Part shown: one piece after another, positions 34,736-46,998 of the stretch
Position numbering within the stretch: the first letter of the stretch is position 1
Layout: every line of letters begins with the position of its first letter
Source of the DNA: Tilletiaria anomala UBC 951
Lineage: Eukaryota
Direction of reading: 5' to 3'
Assembly: GCF_000711695.1 (NCBI RefSeq)
Contig: NW_013547020.1
Location: forward strand, 310,001 to 374,000
DNA: 64,000 nucleotides
The notes under the pieces: generated by a model
Seen by the model: only the letters and a program-made list of their open reading frames with translations
Database searches by the model: none
What the model was told of the DNA's origin: nothing
Position numbers and translations under genes: made by a program

Positions 34736-35133
34736 TTTGCAGGCCTTGTTGGAGGTTCTTTCCTGAATACTTTCGGGGCCGTCTGCTTCTCACTGCTGGC
34801 GATGCCAGAAAGGAACCCCTTTTGCGAGGATCGTTGCAGTTCGGGGTGCATATGGTTGGTAGCATCTGCAGTTGAGAGAGCGTGAGAGATGTGAGATGCA
34901 CTTTCTCTTCTCTTGCGCGTCTCAGGTGGCCGAAGAGACTCGCGTTCCGCTGCAACCAGAACGCCATCACAGAGCGAACTTCATTGCTTGGTCCTTCGTC
35001 CCGCTCTTGCGACAACTCTCCTGCTCACCGCGAGCATTTGGCAACTTGTACATGCGTTTGAAACGCTCGCACTGAGCGCATCCATAGGCCGGCGTAACGG
35101 CGGGAGCAAATAGGTGCTGAGAGGCGGCCCAAG

Positions 35134-36967
35134 ATGGCGGATACGTCCATCTTTGAAGTCGCGCGTGCGACACACGAGGAGATCGAGCGGTATGAGCAGG
35201 CTGCGGTCGATCTGCTCATGTCCTCGTCCTCCTCATCAACGCTGGGGCACAAGGAGCATCTTAAGCGCGATCACAAGATCTCTGAGCTGCTGGATCGAAT
35301 CGTCAGTCGGAAGCAGTACCTCAAGGAGCTATATGCCGACGTCAATGGCGAAAGGACTCGCGAGCTTGAGCAGCTCTCCTCGACCACCATTTCTGGTGCT
35401 GTCGACCCGTTTGGCGAGTTCTACAAACGGCTCAACAGGATCAAAGACTACCACCGCAAGTATCCTCAAGCCGCGCCCGAAACTTTCGTCGTGGATTTCA
35501 CATCGCTAGAGTCTTCCTCGGGTTTGCCTAGCGAAGGGGCCAGCGGCAGCGCAGAGATTGCCGCCGCCGCAGCTGGCCTGGGTGGCCTTGACTTTGTCGA
35601 CCGCATGTTCTCAGGCGAGGAGTCATCTGGTCGATTCATGGACCTGTACACGCAGCATGATATGTACATGAACCTTAAGGGTGTCAAGCGGCTACCCTAC
35701 GTGGTATACCTCGATCACTTCGACAAGCTCTCCGGCGAGGAGTCCCGGATACCTCACGAGGCTAAACGGACTGAAGCATATCGCAAGTATCTCAGCTCTC
35801 TTAAGTCGTACCTTGCAACTTTTTTGCGCAAGACGCGCCCTCTCGAAGATGTGGATGTGGTGGAAGAGCGAGCACTGGCCACATTCGAAGAAGATTGGGC
35901 GGCTGGCACAGTGCCTGGGTTGGGCAAAGATGTACAGCCCACGGCCGCGTCAGAATCAAAGGCTGCTATGGCTGGAAATGCTATGAGCATAGATGGTCAA
36001 GGCATCTGGTGCGAAGCGTGCAGACGCTTTTACTCGAAGCAGACAGTCTACGACGCTCATCTCAAGTCTCCTAAGCACCAAAAAGCAGCAGGACGACTAG
36101 CTGCGGCTGCTGGTGCAGACACGAATGGCGAGGGAAATTCTAATGGTTCAGGAGTCGGTAAAAGCAAACAAACATCTGGTGCAGGCTCAGACGAAAAGGT
36201 AAAGATAACAGTGCGCCTAGAGCTGCTAGTGCAAGCATATGCAAAGGAGCTCGACTCCATTCGCAACGAGACCAAGTCAAACGTTGAGCGACGTGCAGCC
36301 CTGACAGAACGCGAGCGTCAAGCGGAAGCGGAGCGCGCAGAGGAGGAAGCGAATAATCCCGACGCAGCTGGAGCGGCCGAGTCGGCCGTAGCTGCCGTCG
36401 ACGAAGACGGAGAGGACAACGAGAAGATTTACAACCCATTACGATTACCTCTCGGGTGGGACGGTAAGCCAATCCCGTATTGGCTGTACAAACTTCACGG
36501 ACTCGGGGTCGACTATAAGTGCGAGATTTGCTCGGACTATGTCTATCAAGGGCGGAAGAACTTTGAGAAGCATTTCCAAGAGAGTCGACATGCTTTTGGC
36601 ATGCGAGCTCTCGGCTTGCCAAACACAAAGCATTTCCATGAAATTACCAAAATACCCGATGCGCTGGCTTGTAAGTAGCTGCGCTCCTTTTTCCTTACTA
36701 CTTGGCGCACAGTTCATCTGCTCGATGATGTTAATTTTTCGTCTTTGCTTTGCACGGTCAGTGGCCGATAAACTCAAGAAGCAAGGACGCGCACTGGCGG
36801 AGGAGCAGGGAGATGCAGAGGAGGTCGAAGACGAGCACGGAAATGTGAATGCCAATCGCTCAAGCCATTGCTCCTCCAGTCTGACGCTAAACTTGAATTT
36901 TCCACGCTCTCTGCAGACGTATTCGCGCAAGACGTATGACATGATGAAGAGACAAGGGCTGCTCTGA
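35134..36967 (+). CDS. PRP9: Splicing factor SF3a subunit 3 (Prp9/SAP61)
   Basis: RATHEEIERYE, FSGEE.GRFMDL, zinc finger CEAC...H...H, YNPLRLPLGWDGKPIPYWLYKLHGL, CEICS...HF...H. Introns 36671-36761 and 36845-36916. Confidence 0.95.
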
Positions 36968-37101
36968 AGGCTTAGTCCTTCATGTATTATGCTACAAAAG
37001 CACGTCTGACTCGCATTGTCCTATATCACAGTCAATGACCAAAGTCTGAGAGGCAGTCTGCTCAATATCATATGTGCAAGGAATGAGGCTCTAGCTGTAC
37101 T

Positions 37102-38878
37102 TCATTCTACGACAACATTGACCGTCTCCCCTATTTCGCAGACGGCAAACTGATCTTCTGGAAGACCTAGCAACGCTGCCTCCTCCTTGAGCAGTCGCGG
37201 CGGCTCATCAGGTGCTTCAGGCGTCAGCCTGAATACGCCCCAGTGGATCCCGAACGACTTGCGTGAATGCACCTCGCGGTGAATGCGGACAGCATCGCTA
37301 GGGGAGCACTGTTGAAGGCGATATGTAGGACCACGGGGGCCGAAAATGAATAAAGTCTGGGTGTCTGTGCTCATGCCAGAGAACGTTTACTCACGTGAAC
37401 ATTCGACATGAAGACTCGAGGAAGGTAGGCTCCAATGGGTATCAAAGCTGTTTTCGAAAGTAGGGGAGCGTGAGCGACGGATACTTGAACGTTTGTGCTA
37501 AATGCTACCGACCGAGATCGAATGGACCCATCATGTCACCTAGTTCTCTGAAGGCAGGACAGGACGGAATCTGATCCTCTTCTTCTCTACTCATACCCTT
37601 CCGAGGCACATGCCTGTACCCGGTCTACATGATACTCAAGCAAAGCAGCAATAAGTTCGCACACATAGGAGAGTATGCCTAGAGAATTCGAACTCACATC
37701 ACCTGCAAACCAAATCTTCGCTCCTCGTTTGGCTTCTTCCTGCGATAAGATCTCTAACGCCCACCCGCCCCACAGCGTCTTATCGCAAATGAGCCCTCGT
37801 CCAGAAAAGTGCTGTGCAGGGGTGCAGGTGAAGCGAACCCTGGCGCCATCGCTTTCGCGCTGTACGACCCGGCGGTCCCACCAGTCGAGCTCGGTCACAT
37901 GATCGGGGGATAGACCAAGAGAGAGGAACCATGCTTTTACGCCTAGCGTGCAAAAGATGTGAGGAACGGGCTTGCCGTTTGGTCGCGAGATGAGGGCTTT
38001 GATTGTGGCCAGGTCCAGATGGTCCTGATTGCAGCGCAAGGCAACACTAAGCGTCACTAGGAGAGAACTCCAATCACTCAAGAGTTTACAGCGCAAAGGT
38101 CACATAGTGATTGTGAGAAATAGCGATTGCATCAGGCCAAGCACCTGGTGCTGATGACGAAGCGATCGCATCGACCGTGGTGCATGCATCTGTATACCGT
38201 TTGGGGCCTGCAAAAGAGAAAGGTGAACATCGACGAGAGAGGACGGGGTCTGTGATGATGGTGAACGTTCCTCCGGAGAGCACAGGGATCTGCAAATGGC
38301 AGCTTGCGTGACTGTGGTTGGGACGGCCGTGAGACAATGAGAGTGCCAGGGGTAAGTAAGAAGATATTCGAACCATACGAGGGATGCTGTGCAATCACTC
38401 ACCCAAGCCAGGTGAAGCGAATGTCTGATGCATCCCCAGATGTCGCTTCAAATGTTACGATTCTCACAGCCGGGAGCTGCTCCTTTGGAGGTAGCGGCTT
38501 CTCATTCCAGTCGAACAACCTCGTTCTGAGGAATGAGAATAAGCCAAGCTGCCTTGCGGATGCCCACGGCGACTTAAAGCCAGCCTTGGTCGGGTCGGCG
38601 CCTTGATGGTGCGGCGGCGGCGACCTGCGGCAGAACGCCGGGGCAATCGACTCTGCGTCGCGGCTATTCTGCTGGACCTTGATGAGCGCCATGTCGTTGC
38701 TGGTTCGAAGAAGGCATTCACCGCTCGAGAAGCAACGCTCTTCGCTCAACGCCGCTGACGAGATCGACTCTCGCAGCTGCCCGGAGATAAGACGAGGACG
38801 TGATCGCAAAGGCAGGACCGCCGCAGAACGGTGGCCTATACAATGGAGGCCCAACTTTGGCACAGCACCAACAGTCAT
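37102..38878 (-). CDS. N-acyl-phosphatidylethanolamine phospholipase D (metallo-beta-lactamase fold, Fmp30-like), 6 exons
   Basis: TWLGHAS, TDPV, SHNHYDHLD, TPAQHFSGR, FAGDTGY, PIGAY, GIHWG assembled via introns 38312-38402, 38025-38103, 37625-37697, 37448-37512, 37309-37394. Start ATG 38878 or 38692. Confidence 0.9.
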
Positions 38879-40092
38879 TGGTGCTTTCGGCAACGTGTCA
38901 CCCAACACATAGAGCGTCGATGCCAAGGGTTACAAATAAGGGGGAAAGAATCAAGGAGCACTAGAGAAAAAGCGTTTCCTTATGCTGGGTACCTACGTAG
39001 CCGCTCGCACCTCTGACAGATTTGGGTGTGGACAATGGATGCGCTTGATCGGAGAGCGGAGCTAAGGATATCCGGGAATTGCTCTTCCAAATCCACGGGT
39101 CCCAGGTACAACTTCGCCGAATCGGGTGTGACTGCACCCAGGTTATTCATCAAAGTCTACGGAATCCGCGAAGCGGGTATACACCACGGGATTAGTCGGA
39201 TCGCCACACCCCTTTATTTCCACCTGATCCGCAAAAAGCCTGTTGGACCCTGCGCCCGGCCGCTCTCGGAAGTCGGCGGGCTGGCACCCAGGACCCCTGG
39301 CTCTCAATCACTTTGACATATACGGGGAACATGAATATATATATGCCACTGTCACTCTCACCGAACCTTGCTCGCTCGACAGTTGCGGCCTCACCTGTCA
39401 GATGACTCTATGGTCGGTAACTTCTTTCGCGCCAAACCAAAAAGCACGGTACTGCCGAGCTTCAGATATTCTGACGGTGTTGCTGTTGCTCGCACCTTTT
39501 CCGTGTCGGCAATGCGCGCGCAAGTACCAGTCGTCTAGTTCCTCCACGACGGTGGTTTGCTACAGGGGCCGTCTGCTGATACGTGTTCGCTGAGGTCACT
39601 GCAACAGACTTCGATTCCCGAAGGCAAAATTCCCGCTCGACTTCCTCGCCGTCCAGTCCTTCAAATGTTGAAAACGAGATGCAAGGCCGCCAGCTTCTGG
39701 GCAGTCCCTTGGGTCGCTGCGCCTTGATGCAACTGCTCGGGGGCCTGCGCCATACTCGCGGTAACTGCCGCTGCTGCGTTTGGAAGGTTGGCATCATCCC
39801 TTGCGATCGTGCTGTACCGCTCGGCAGCGACCTCAAAGAAGGGCGCCTGCTCGTTTCGCTTGTGTCTCAAAATACGATCGAAGACTGCAACTCGAGGCTG
39901 GAGCGGGCCCCGAAGAGGGTAAATCTTATCGGATTGGTCCTACCAGCACGGCTCGGCTCGACTCAGAGGAGCGAGTGACGCATTGCAAGTAATCATGGAT
40001 GTGATAAACGTGGCTCAGAGCATCTGGAGCCTAGCGAAATCTGTTGCCTATTACCTTACAGGGCTCGAAAAGGCGACAGTCTCCGGAAGATA

Positions 40093-41835
40093 TCACGACC
40101 TGTAATCACCATTGATTGCAATGTACTCCTGTAATGTGCCACGCAGCCAACAAGTATCGTAAATATCAGTGTTGTCCTCTTGAGTCATTCCATGAACGAG
40201 GGGTAATAAACGCACCTTGCTAAAATCACAAGTCCAGTATGTAGCCTCTTCGCGCACGCCTTGCTGTTGGCCCCAGCTTCCGCCCTGCAGATCGACGACG
40301 ATGCTAATGTCCTCCAGGCTGAGCAAGCGCGCAGCAGCATCTTCGTCGACCTCTTGCGGCGTCCCGTTCTCAAGAACGGTCAGTGGCTGTACGTCCGCTG
40401 TGCGTGCTTCAGAGGAGGAGAGGGTCGGCGGAAGTTCGAAAGAGACTGTCACGCGCGTGGGGTCAATCGCCCATGCCTCGCTGCTGCCTTGCTGTGTCGC
40501 ACCAGTGAACGGCGGCAACTTGGCATAGCCTACTGCGCAGAGCACGCGGCCCCAATTCGCGTCGGCGCCGTGCAGTGCGCACTTGACCAACGCGCTGGTG
40601 GAGATGGAGCTGGCGATGGCATGCGCGTGCGCGTAGGTTGGCGCGCCACGTACATTGATTGAGACGAACTTAGTAGCCCCCTCACCGTCGCGCACGATCA
40701 AATGACTAAGCTCGGTGCAGAAGGCTGTCAGCTCGGATTGGAAGTGTGCGAATTCTTGTGGGTGCGATAGCGCTGAGATCTCTTCGCTGGGCGATAATTG
40801 CGCCGTGGAAGAGGAGGAGGAAGACTGATTGACTGCTTGACCGTTTGCAAGAATGAGAATCGTATCGTTCGTGCTCATATCCCCATCTACGCTGATGCAG
40901 TTGAACGAACGCGACACTGCGTGTTCGAGGGCCTGCTGCAGCGAGGCAGCTTCGATGGGTGCATCGGTAGCGATCAGGCCGAGCAGAGTTGCGTGCAGTC
41001 CTGAGGGCCCAGACATGGCGGGATGGATCATGCCCGCGCCTTTGTCGATCCCGACCATCTTGCATTCCATCCCGGCGAGCTGGAACGTCCGAGTTCGCAA
41101 TTTCGGGAACGTATCGGTCGTCATGAAGGCACGCGCGACTTGGTACCAGGCCTCTTCGTCGTTCCGCAGAATCTGGCCTGATGCAAGAAAGGGAAGTGTC
41201 TTCTTGAAGACAGGCATAGGCAATGGCACGCCGATGACACCCGTCGAGAGGACGAGCGTATCGTCGGCGGACTTGGCTTCCGTTTCCCCCTTTTCAGCGC
41301 TGCTTTTCAGCCCCGGAGCGGGAGAGAGGAGCTGCTGCACCATATTCGCGCACTGTTGCGCATCCCGATACCCCTGGTCGCCAGTGACCGCGTTCGCACA
41401 GCCCGAGTTGACGAGAACGCTGCGTACCTTGCCCTTGTTGCTCGGGTTGGAAAGCACAGCAGAGGAAAAGAGTACCGGTGCCGCTTTGAATGCATTCTGC
41501 GTGAATGTGCCTGCTGCAGACGCCGGGACAGCAGAGACGATCAGCGCTACGTCAGGTTTCGGATCGAGTGGCGGCGCAGATGGGCTCGAAGTTGAAGAGG
41601 GCGCGGTCAGCTTGGGCGATATCGCAGCTTTTATTCCGCCGTACGTCGCGGACACGGAAAAGCCGCGCGGAAGCGCTTCTTTATTGATAGGCAGAACGAA
41701 GCGTGCGGCCTTGTTGTCCATTGACCCTGATGCAGCGGCAGCGGAGGATGAGAGCATGGCGCGCGATGAGGGCACAGCGCACATCCGAGGCGCGAGGTGT
41801 CCACGAACAGCGCGGTGAAGCGACGGACGCAGCAT
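40093..41835 (-). CDS. ARG7: Mitochondrial ornithine acetyltransferase / glutamate N-acetyltransferase (ArgJ family)
   Basis: Arg-rich presequence [43 protein letters not shown]...[30 protein letters not shown]. Intron 40129-40215. Confidence 0.95.
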   Translation of the reverse strand: MLRPSLHRAVRGHLAPRMCAVPSSRAMLSSSAAAASGSMDNKAARFVLPINKEALPRGFSVSATYGGIKAAISPKLTAPSSTSSPSAPPLDPKPDVALIVSAVPASAAGTFTQNAFKAAPVLFSSAVLSNPSNKGKVRSVLVNSGCANAVTGDQGYRDAQQCANMVQQLLSPAPGLKSSAEKGETEAKSADDTLVLSTGVIGVPLPMPVFKKTLPFLASGQILRNDEEAWYQVARAFMTTDTFPKLRTRTFQLAGMECKMVGIDKGAGMIHPAMSGPSGLHATLLGLIATDAPIEAASLQQALEHAVSRSFNCISVDGDMSTNDTILILANGQAVNQSSSSSSTAQLSPSEEISALSHPQEFAHFQSELTAFCTELSHLIVRDGEGATKFVSINVRGAPTYAHAHAIASSISTSALVKCALHGADANWGRVLCAVGYAKLPPFTGATQQGSSEAWAIDPTRVTVSFELPPTLSSSEARTADVQPLTVLENGTPQEVDEDAAARLLSLEDISIVVDLQGGSWGQQQGVREEATYWTCDFSKVRLLPLVHGMTQEDNTDIYDTCWLRGTLQEYIAINGDYRS

Positions 41836-42554
41836 GCTTTGAAGCAGCAAGAAGATCAGGAAACGAAGAGTGAGCGAGCGAGCGTTCCGATGGACTGATT
41901 GCTGACAGAAGTACCTGACATGCGCGTACGTTTGATGGAGAGGGCCAATGAAGCCCGACGATGCGTGCATCAGACAGACCGCAACCGGCTGAATGAGTCT
42001 GGATTCTAGACACGAGACGAAGTTCATCCTATGCTTTGGCCGAGCGGAATTCGGAATACGACTACTCCCATCTACAGTCAAACACCAAGGTCCCGGCATC
42101 TCGTCAGTGAGTCGTTGCCCTCTCTACTTTCAAGTGTCAGCTGATAGAGTTGCGACACCTGGTGGTGCTTACATATGAAAGCATGGACTGATGCATTGCA
42201 TCCAGTGTGGATTGGATGCAAACCCTATTTTTGGGCTCGCATTTGGTGACACTTGCACCGAATTGCGTCGCCAAGCAAACACTCGCCAGTGAGGGAGTCG
42301 ACTTCTCGTTGCTCGACAGAAATTTGGACGTTTGAAGTCATCTTAACTCAATGTTATTCATGCTTTAACACTGACAACCGCCATCCTCACCTGATCATCT
42401 GGTCCCCAAACGCAACGCGCATAGGAGTGCGCTGGGGCTCAGCTAAGCTCAGCTACGATCTGGTTGCCGCAACGCAGCAGCAGCAAGGCGGGTTGGAGGT
42501 CATCGCTCATCCAAGCGGTTGCATTGGCTTTCAACCAGCAGGCCCACTAGCATC

Positions 42555-45500
42555 ATGTTCAAGCAGGACAAGCTGTGGACCGGCAAGCTAGCAGATGCGG
42601 ACGCCGGCCAAGGGACACCTGCCAGAGCGAAAGATGGAGCTCAACTAGAAGCTGGCCCATCCGCGTCAACACCCGACCCAGAGACAGCGCTCCCTGCGTT
42701 TCTGCAGACCCTGCAATCCGCTTTGCAACCACCTACACGTCATGCAGCCCAGCTCCCCAACTCGGCCGACCTCACCTTCCACAAGACGCTCGACCGCCCT
42801 TTTGGTCGCAGTGTTGATGCAGAGAGCAGCAGGCTGCTTTCGCTTGTCGAGCGAGTGCGGACATGGGTTGCAGAGAGTGCGCCGAGTGCGAGCGGTCCTG
42901 GCAGGCGAGGCCTACTTTCTGCCGGACACAATAGGATCAGTGGAAAGGGAAAGCAGCAGCAAGCGGTCACAGATCGCTCATTAGATGAAGACGAATTTGG
43001 GAACACTATGGGTGACCTGATTGACCATCTGCTGGAGCGCGCCGACACTTGCCTTGACGAGTACGCAGGGAAGGTCGTTCCCAAAGCCTCTACATCCATC
43101 TCTGCCATTTCAGGGGAACGCCAAATGACTGGGTCGCTCCAAAACGGCAAGAATATGGGAAAGCTACCGCGAGAGCTACTCAACGCATCCATCAATCCAT
43201 TACCGCAGACGTCGTTTAGCACACCTCCGAACAATCGATCCGACGTCCCTTGGACTCGTCCTTTCAAATTCGGGAGGCCTCACGCCAAACCAACTGATCC
43301 GGACTGGGTGCCACCCGTACCGAGAGATGCAGAAGGAAGGCCGCTGCCAGAAGGTCCGCGACAAGGAGCGTACATGATGGAAGACGACCCGCGCAAACAT
43401 CCTTACCATTACGAGATCATCACTTCCGAGCCACCACCTTTCGCCTTCGAGCAGCCGGGTGGCCAAGACGCAGACGGAAGCAGCGTACTCGTAAAGCCGG
43501 CCGACCTCGATCCTGCAAATCCCGAGGGAGAAGCTGGCGTTCCATTTAAATGGGTCCGCACAGTCGACGATGTGCGTCAACTGCTGTTGCACTTACAAGA
43601 AGATCGAGTGAAGGATATCGCAATCGACCTGGAGCACCACTCCTTCCGCACCTATCAAGGTCTTGTATGCCTCATGCAGCTTTCGACACGCTGGGGCGAC
43701 TACATTGTCGACACGCTTTCGGATGAGGTGCGCGAGAACGCCGAGCTGCTCAACGAAGTGTTCGCCGACCCGGGCAAGGTGAAGGTGCTTCACGGTGCTG
43801 ATCACGACGTGCTGTGGTTGCAGCGCGATCTTGGGCTTTACCTCGTTGGGCTGTTCGATACGTATCACGCGAGCCATGTGCTCGAAATGCCGCAGCATGG
43901 CCTAGCGTTTCTCCTGCAGCGCTACTGCGGCTTTGAGGCGGATAAGCGGTACCAGCTTGCCGACTGGAGGATCCGGCCGCTACCGAATCCGATGGTCTAC
44001 TACGCTCGCAGCGACACGCACAGCCTGCTGTACATCTATGACCGCATCCGAGCGGAGCTGAGCGCGAAAGCGGGAGGCATCGCTAGTGGTCGCGAGGCGA
44101 TTCGGCAGGTTTTTGAGAGGAGCAAGCGCACTGCGACGAAGGTGTATGCCAAGCCCGTCTGGAGCGAAGAAGGCGAGGGAAACGATGGGTGGAGGCAGCT
44201 GTGGAGTCGCATGACGCTCGAGGGCAGGAAAGAGAAGGAGGAGAAGGCGCTGCTTGGGCTGGAGCACAGTAAGGAGATGAGACTTGTCAAGGCCGTTCAC
44301 AAGTGGCGAGACGAAGTTGCGAGAGAAATGGATGAGAGTCCACGGTGGGTCACCTCTCTCTCTCAAGTCTGCTGTACGCAGTTACTGACAGTCCATTCCT
44401 GCACTCCTTTGTTCAACTCACGTGTCCACAGGTACATTCTCTCCGCGGCACATCTCCTCTCACTCGCCAATCGCGCACCACGCACCAAAGCAGAGGTGCT
44501 CGCGCTCTTTTCACCAGCGCTCCCGGCGCTAAGGAGCCGTGCCGACGAAGTGGCCGCGCTGATCGACCGGGAAGTGATCGCCTGGGAACAGGAGCGAGAC
44601 ACTGCGCGGGAGCGCGTGATCAGCGGGCTGCCCGTAGGACCGGAAGTTATGATGTCGGATGGGGATGAGGGTGAAGATGCGGGCATCGTCATTGCTGCTC
44701 CTGTTGCTGCTGTGCATGTGGCAGCTATGCAGGTCAACACAGCGATCTGGCCTCTTTCACCACAACAACCGCACTCGTCTTCAACATCGTTGATAATCGA
44801 GACGTCCATCGCTACTCCTTCAGCACCACGTTTGTTAGCACCGCAAAGCGCCCTGTTCGACGCTGCTGATGTCCGGCCGCATGCAGTTGTTCGTGACGCG
44901 CCCACTCAGACGTTAAAGGCGGCAAAGAAGGCGAGGGCGACGCGCTCGCTATTCGCCATGCCCGAAAGCGGAAACCCATTCGCCAACGTCAGTTTGCAGG
45001 ATCAAGAATGCGGGGAAGAGCGAGAAGAGCATAGAACGCGCAAGGTGAACACTATCCGGCGTGAATTTGCAACTGCGATGGTGCATGTCTTGCAAGACGG
45101 TCTTGTCAGCTCCACCACCCGTCTCCCGCCGCTCCTGGCGGCGGCTGACACAGAGTCAACAGAGCAAGCTGATGCGAATTTGAGTATGGAACCCGAGACC
45201 GTTGCTTTCGTGCCAAAAGCGCAGCGCAAGACTATTGTCGATCGTACGAGCAGTCGATACGATTCGCTTTTCGTGAAACAAGCCCCGGCATCATCCACAG
45301 TTGAAAACGTGGATTTCGCGATGGCAGCTGACGATGCGATGGCGCAAAATAGGAGTGCAAATGGCCATACGCCTGCTGGTACAAATGCGAGTGTCGACAA
45401 AAGCGAAGACGTTGATGCCGAAGTCATCCAAGTGGGACGCAAGGTTGATGAGGACAAACTCTCCCGGCGACAGGAGAAGAAGAAGCGGAAGCGGGAGCTC

Positions 45501-45878
45501 AAGCAGCAGCAGCAGGTAGCATCTGCGGCAGGGGACTCAGCAAGCGTAGACGGAGATGCTGATGGCGCCGCTGCGCGCATGGACGAGCAGGGCGGCTCGC
45601 CGAATATCTCGAAACGACGCAAGAGCGGCAACAAGAGCCAGACGACGGCCGAATATGATTTCTCAAACGAGCTCAGCATCCTCGACGCTCCTCGGCCTTC
45701 CAAGCCAGCGCCAGCGTCTGCGCCGAAGAAGAGCAGTGGTGTTGGCAAAAAGGGCAACAGCAAGGCTGCTGGAGCTGGCGGGAAAGCAGCAGGAGGGCAA
45801 GGGCCAAGTGGCAGCAGCGCACCGAGGAAGAGAAATGAGCTGGGAAGCGGGAACAAGAGCTTCACGTTCCGGTCGTGA
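42555..45878 (+). CDS. RRP6: Nuclear exosome 3'-5' exonuclease Rrp6
   Basis: PMC2NT-like N-terminus, IAIDLEHH, CLMQLSTR, HGADHD, QLADWRIRPL, YARSDTH, HRDC (WRDEVAREMDES), Lys-rich tail. Intron 44345-44431. Confidence 0.95.
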   Translation: MFKQDKLWTGKLADADAGQGTPARAKDGAQLEAGPSASTPDPETALPAFLQTLQSALQPPTRHAAQLPNSADLTFHKTLDRPFGRSVDAESSRLLSLVERVRTWVAESAPSASGPGRRGLLSAGHNRISGKGKQQQAVTDRSLDEDEFGNTMGDLIDHLLERADTCLDEYAGKVVPKASTSISAISGERQMTGSLQNGKNMGKLPRELLNASINPLPQTSFSTPPNNRSDVPWTRPFKFGRPHAKPTDPDWVPPVPRDAEGRPLPEGPRQGAYMMEDDPRKHPYHYEIITSEPPPFAFEQPGGQDADGSSVLVKPADLDPANPEGEAGVPFKWVRTVDDVRQLLLHLQEDRVKDIAIDLEHHSFRTYQGLVCLMQLSTRWGDYIVDTLSDEVRENAELLNEVFADPGKVKVLHGADHDVLWLQRDLGLYLVGLFDTYHASHVLEMPQHGLAFLLQRYCGFEADKRYQLADWRIRPLPNPMVYYARSDTHSLLYIYDRIRAELSAKAGGIASGREAIRQVFERSKRTATKVYAKPVWSEEGEGNDGWRQLWSRMTLEGRKEKEEKALLGLEHSKEMRLVKAVHKWRDEVAREMDESPRWVTSLSQVCCTQLLTVHSCTPLFNSRVHRYILSAAHLLSLANRAPRTKAEVLALFSPALPALRSRADEVAALIDREVIAWEQERDTARERVISGLPVGPEVMMSDGDEGEDAGIVIAAPVAAVHVAAMQVNTAIWPLSPQQPHSSSTSLIIETSIATPSAPRLLAPQSALFDAADVRPHAVVRDAPTQTLKAAKKARATRSLFAMPESGNPFANVSLQDQECGEEREEHRTRKVNTIRREFATAMVHVLQDGLVSSTTRLPPLLAAADTESTEQADANLSMEPETVAFVPKAQRKTIVDRTSSRYDSLFVKQAPASSTVENVDFAMAADDAMAQNRSANGHTPAGTNASVDKSEDVDAEVIQVGRKVDEDKLSRRQEKKKRKRELKQQQQVASAAGDSASVDGDADGAAARMDEQGGSPNISKRRKSGNKSQTTAEYDFSNELSILDAPRPSKPAPASAPKKSSGVGKKGNSKAAGAGGKAAGGQGPSGSSAPRKRNELGSGNKSFTFRS

Positions 45879-46998
45879 AGCAGAGTGCATCTGTAGTATG
45901 TTCAGTCGGTGAAATTCTCACGTCTGGTACTACCGAACGTCCCCGATCAGCATGAGTGTGTGTGCATGTGCGAACGCACTTGCAGAATTTGTCTTAATAT
46001 CACAGCTTGATTGGGAGGAGTTAGTGATCATATGATGTGACTGGGGAAAGAAAAAGAAAGAATTGGAGCCAAGCTGATGAGGCTGAGACAGCGCGGCACA
46101 CCCCACACATGGCGGCACAGTCAGGGTTAATAATAGCTAATGCCCCCAAAGGCAGCGCTTATAAAGGTGCATGCCGTATGTACAAGCATGAGTCTTCAAA
46201 GCCATTGTCTAAGAGCAAGTCGTCGTATCAATGCTACCAGACACAGTGCAATCGTGAAGGTGACGACAGGCGCTGTCGACGTTGGAAGTCGTGTTGCCAC
46301 CGTAGTGACCTTCAAGGCGAAACCCTTGATCCCGATAGCAGAGCCCTGAAGAGGCACAACAACGACCACAACAATATACAAGTCACTCCTGCGGCATCGC
46401 CACTTGTACTCGATTGCTCATTGCGTCCCCGAAACAGATCATCAACCTGCCCATCTTGGCCTGGGCATTCACGAGCGAACAAGGAAGCAAAGAGGCAGGC
46501 AGAGTGCATCGCGTCAACATTTCCGAACAGGTGGCGTCCAGCAGGCGCGCGAGCTCGAGTCAGGACGGCGAGAATAGGCCGGACGAGTCCGTCAGTGGAG
46601 GCGGCGGTAGTGCCGAAAGCATCCTCCTAGCGACTAGCAGTGGTCTCCGCAGGAGAAATAGGAATTCTTTGGGCAGCCATCTGCTGGCTCGAGCCGCTGC
46701 GAGTGCCGCGGTCACCACATCATCACGTCCAACGGCACCTGCTGTTACTCTCATAGCTACACCCAGTGCAACTACGCATGCACGGAGGCCAAGTGCACAC
46801 GTTTCAGGGCTGTCACTCAACGGAAACATCGAATGGATCGACCCCACCTCAATTACTGCGTCCGGTTCGTCGGCAGGTGGTCCAAGCACTCGTACAACCA
46901 GAGCTAGATCAGAAAGACTCGGCGAGCAAGACTGCATCGAGACAGCCGACACTGACACTTTGCACGGCCAGCCCCGGGCCAAGCGAACACGAATCGAT

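Noticed and set aside
40853..45865. Long antisense ORFs (40853-41818, 45002-45865; also 5476-6588 same-strand and 16649-17569)
   Set aside because: Shadow frames of GC-rich coding sequence with no recognisable domains.
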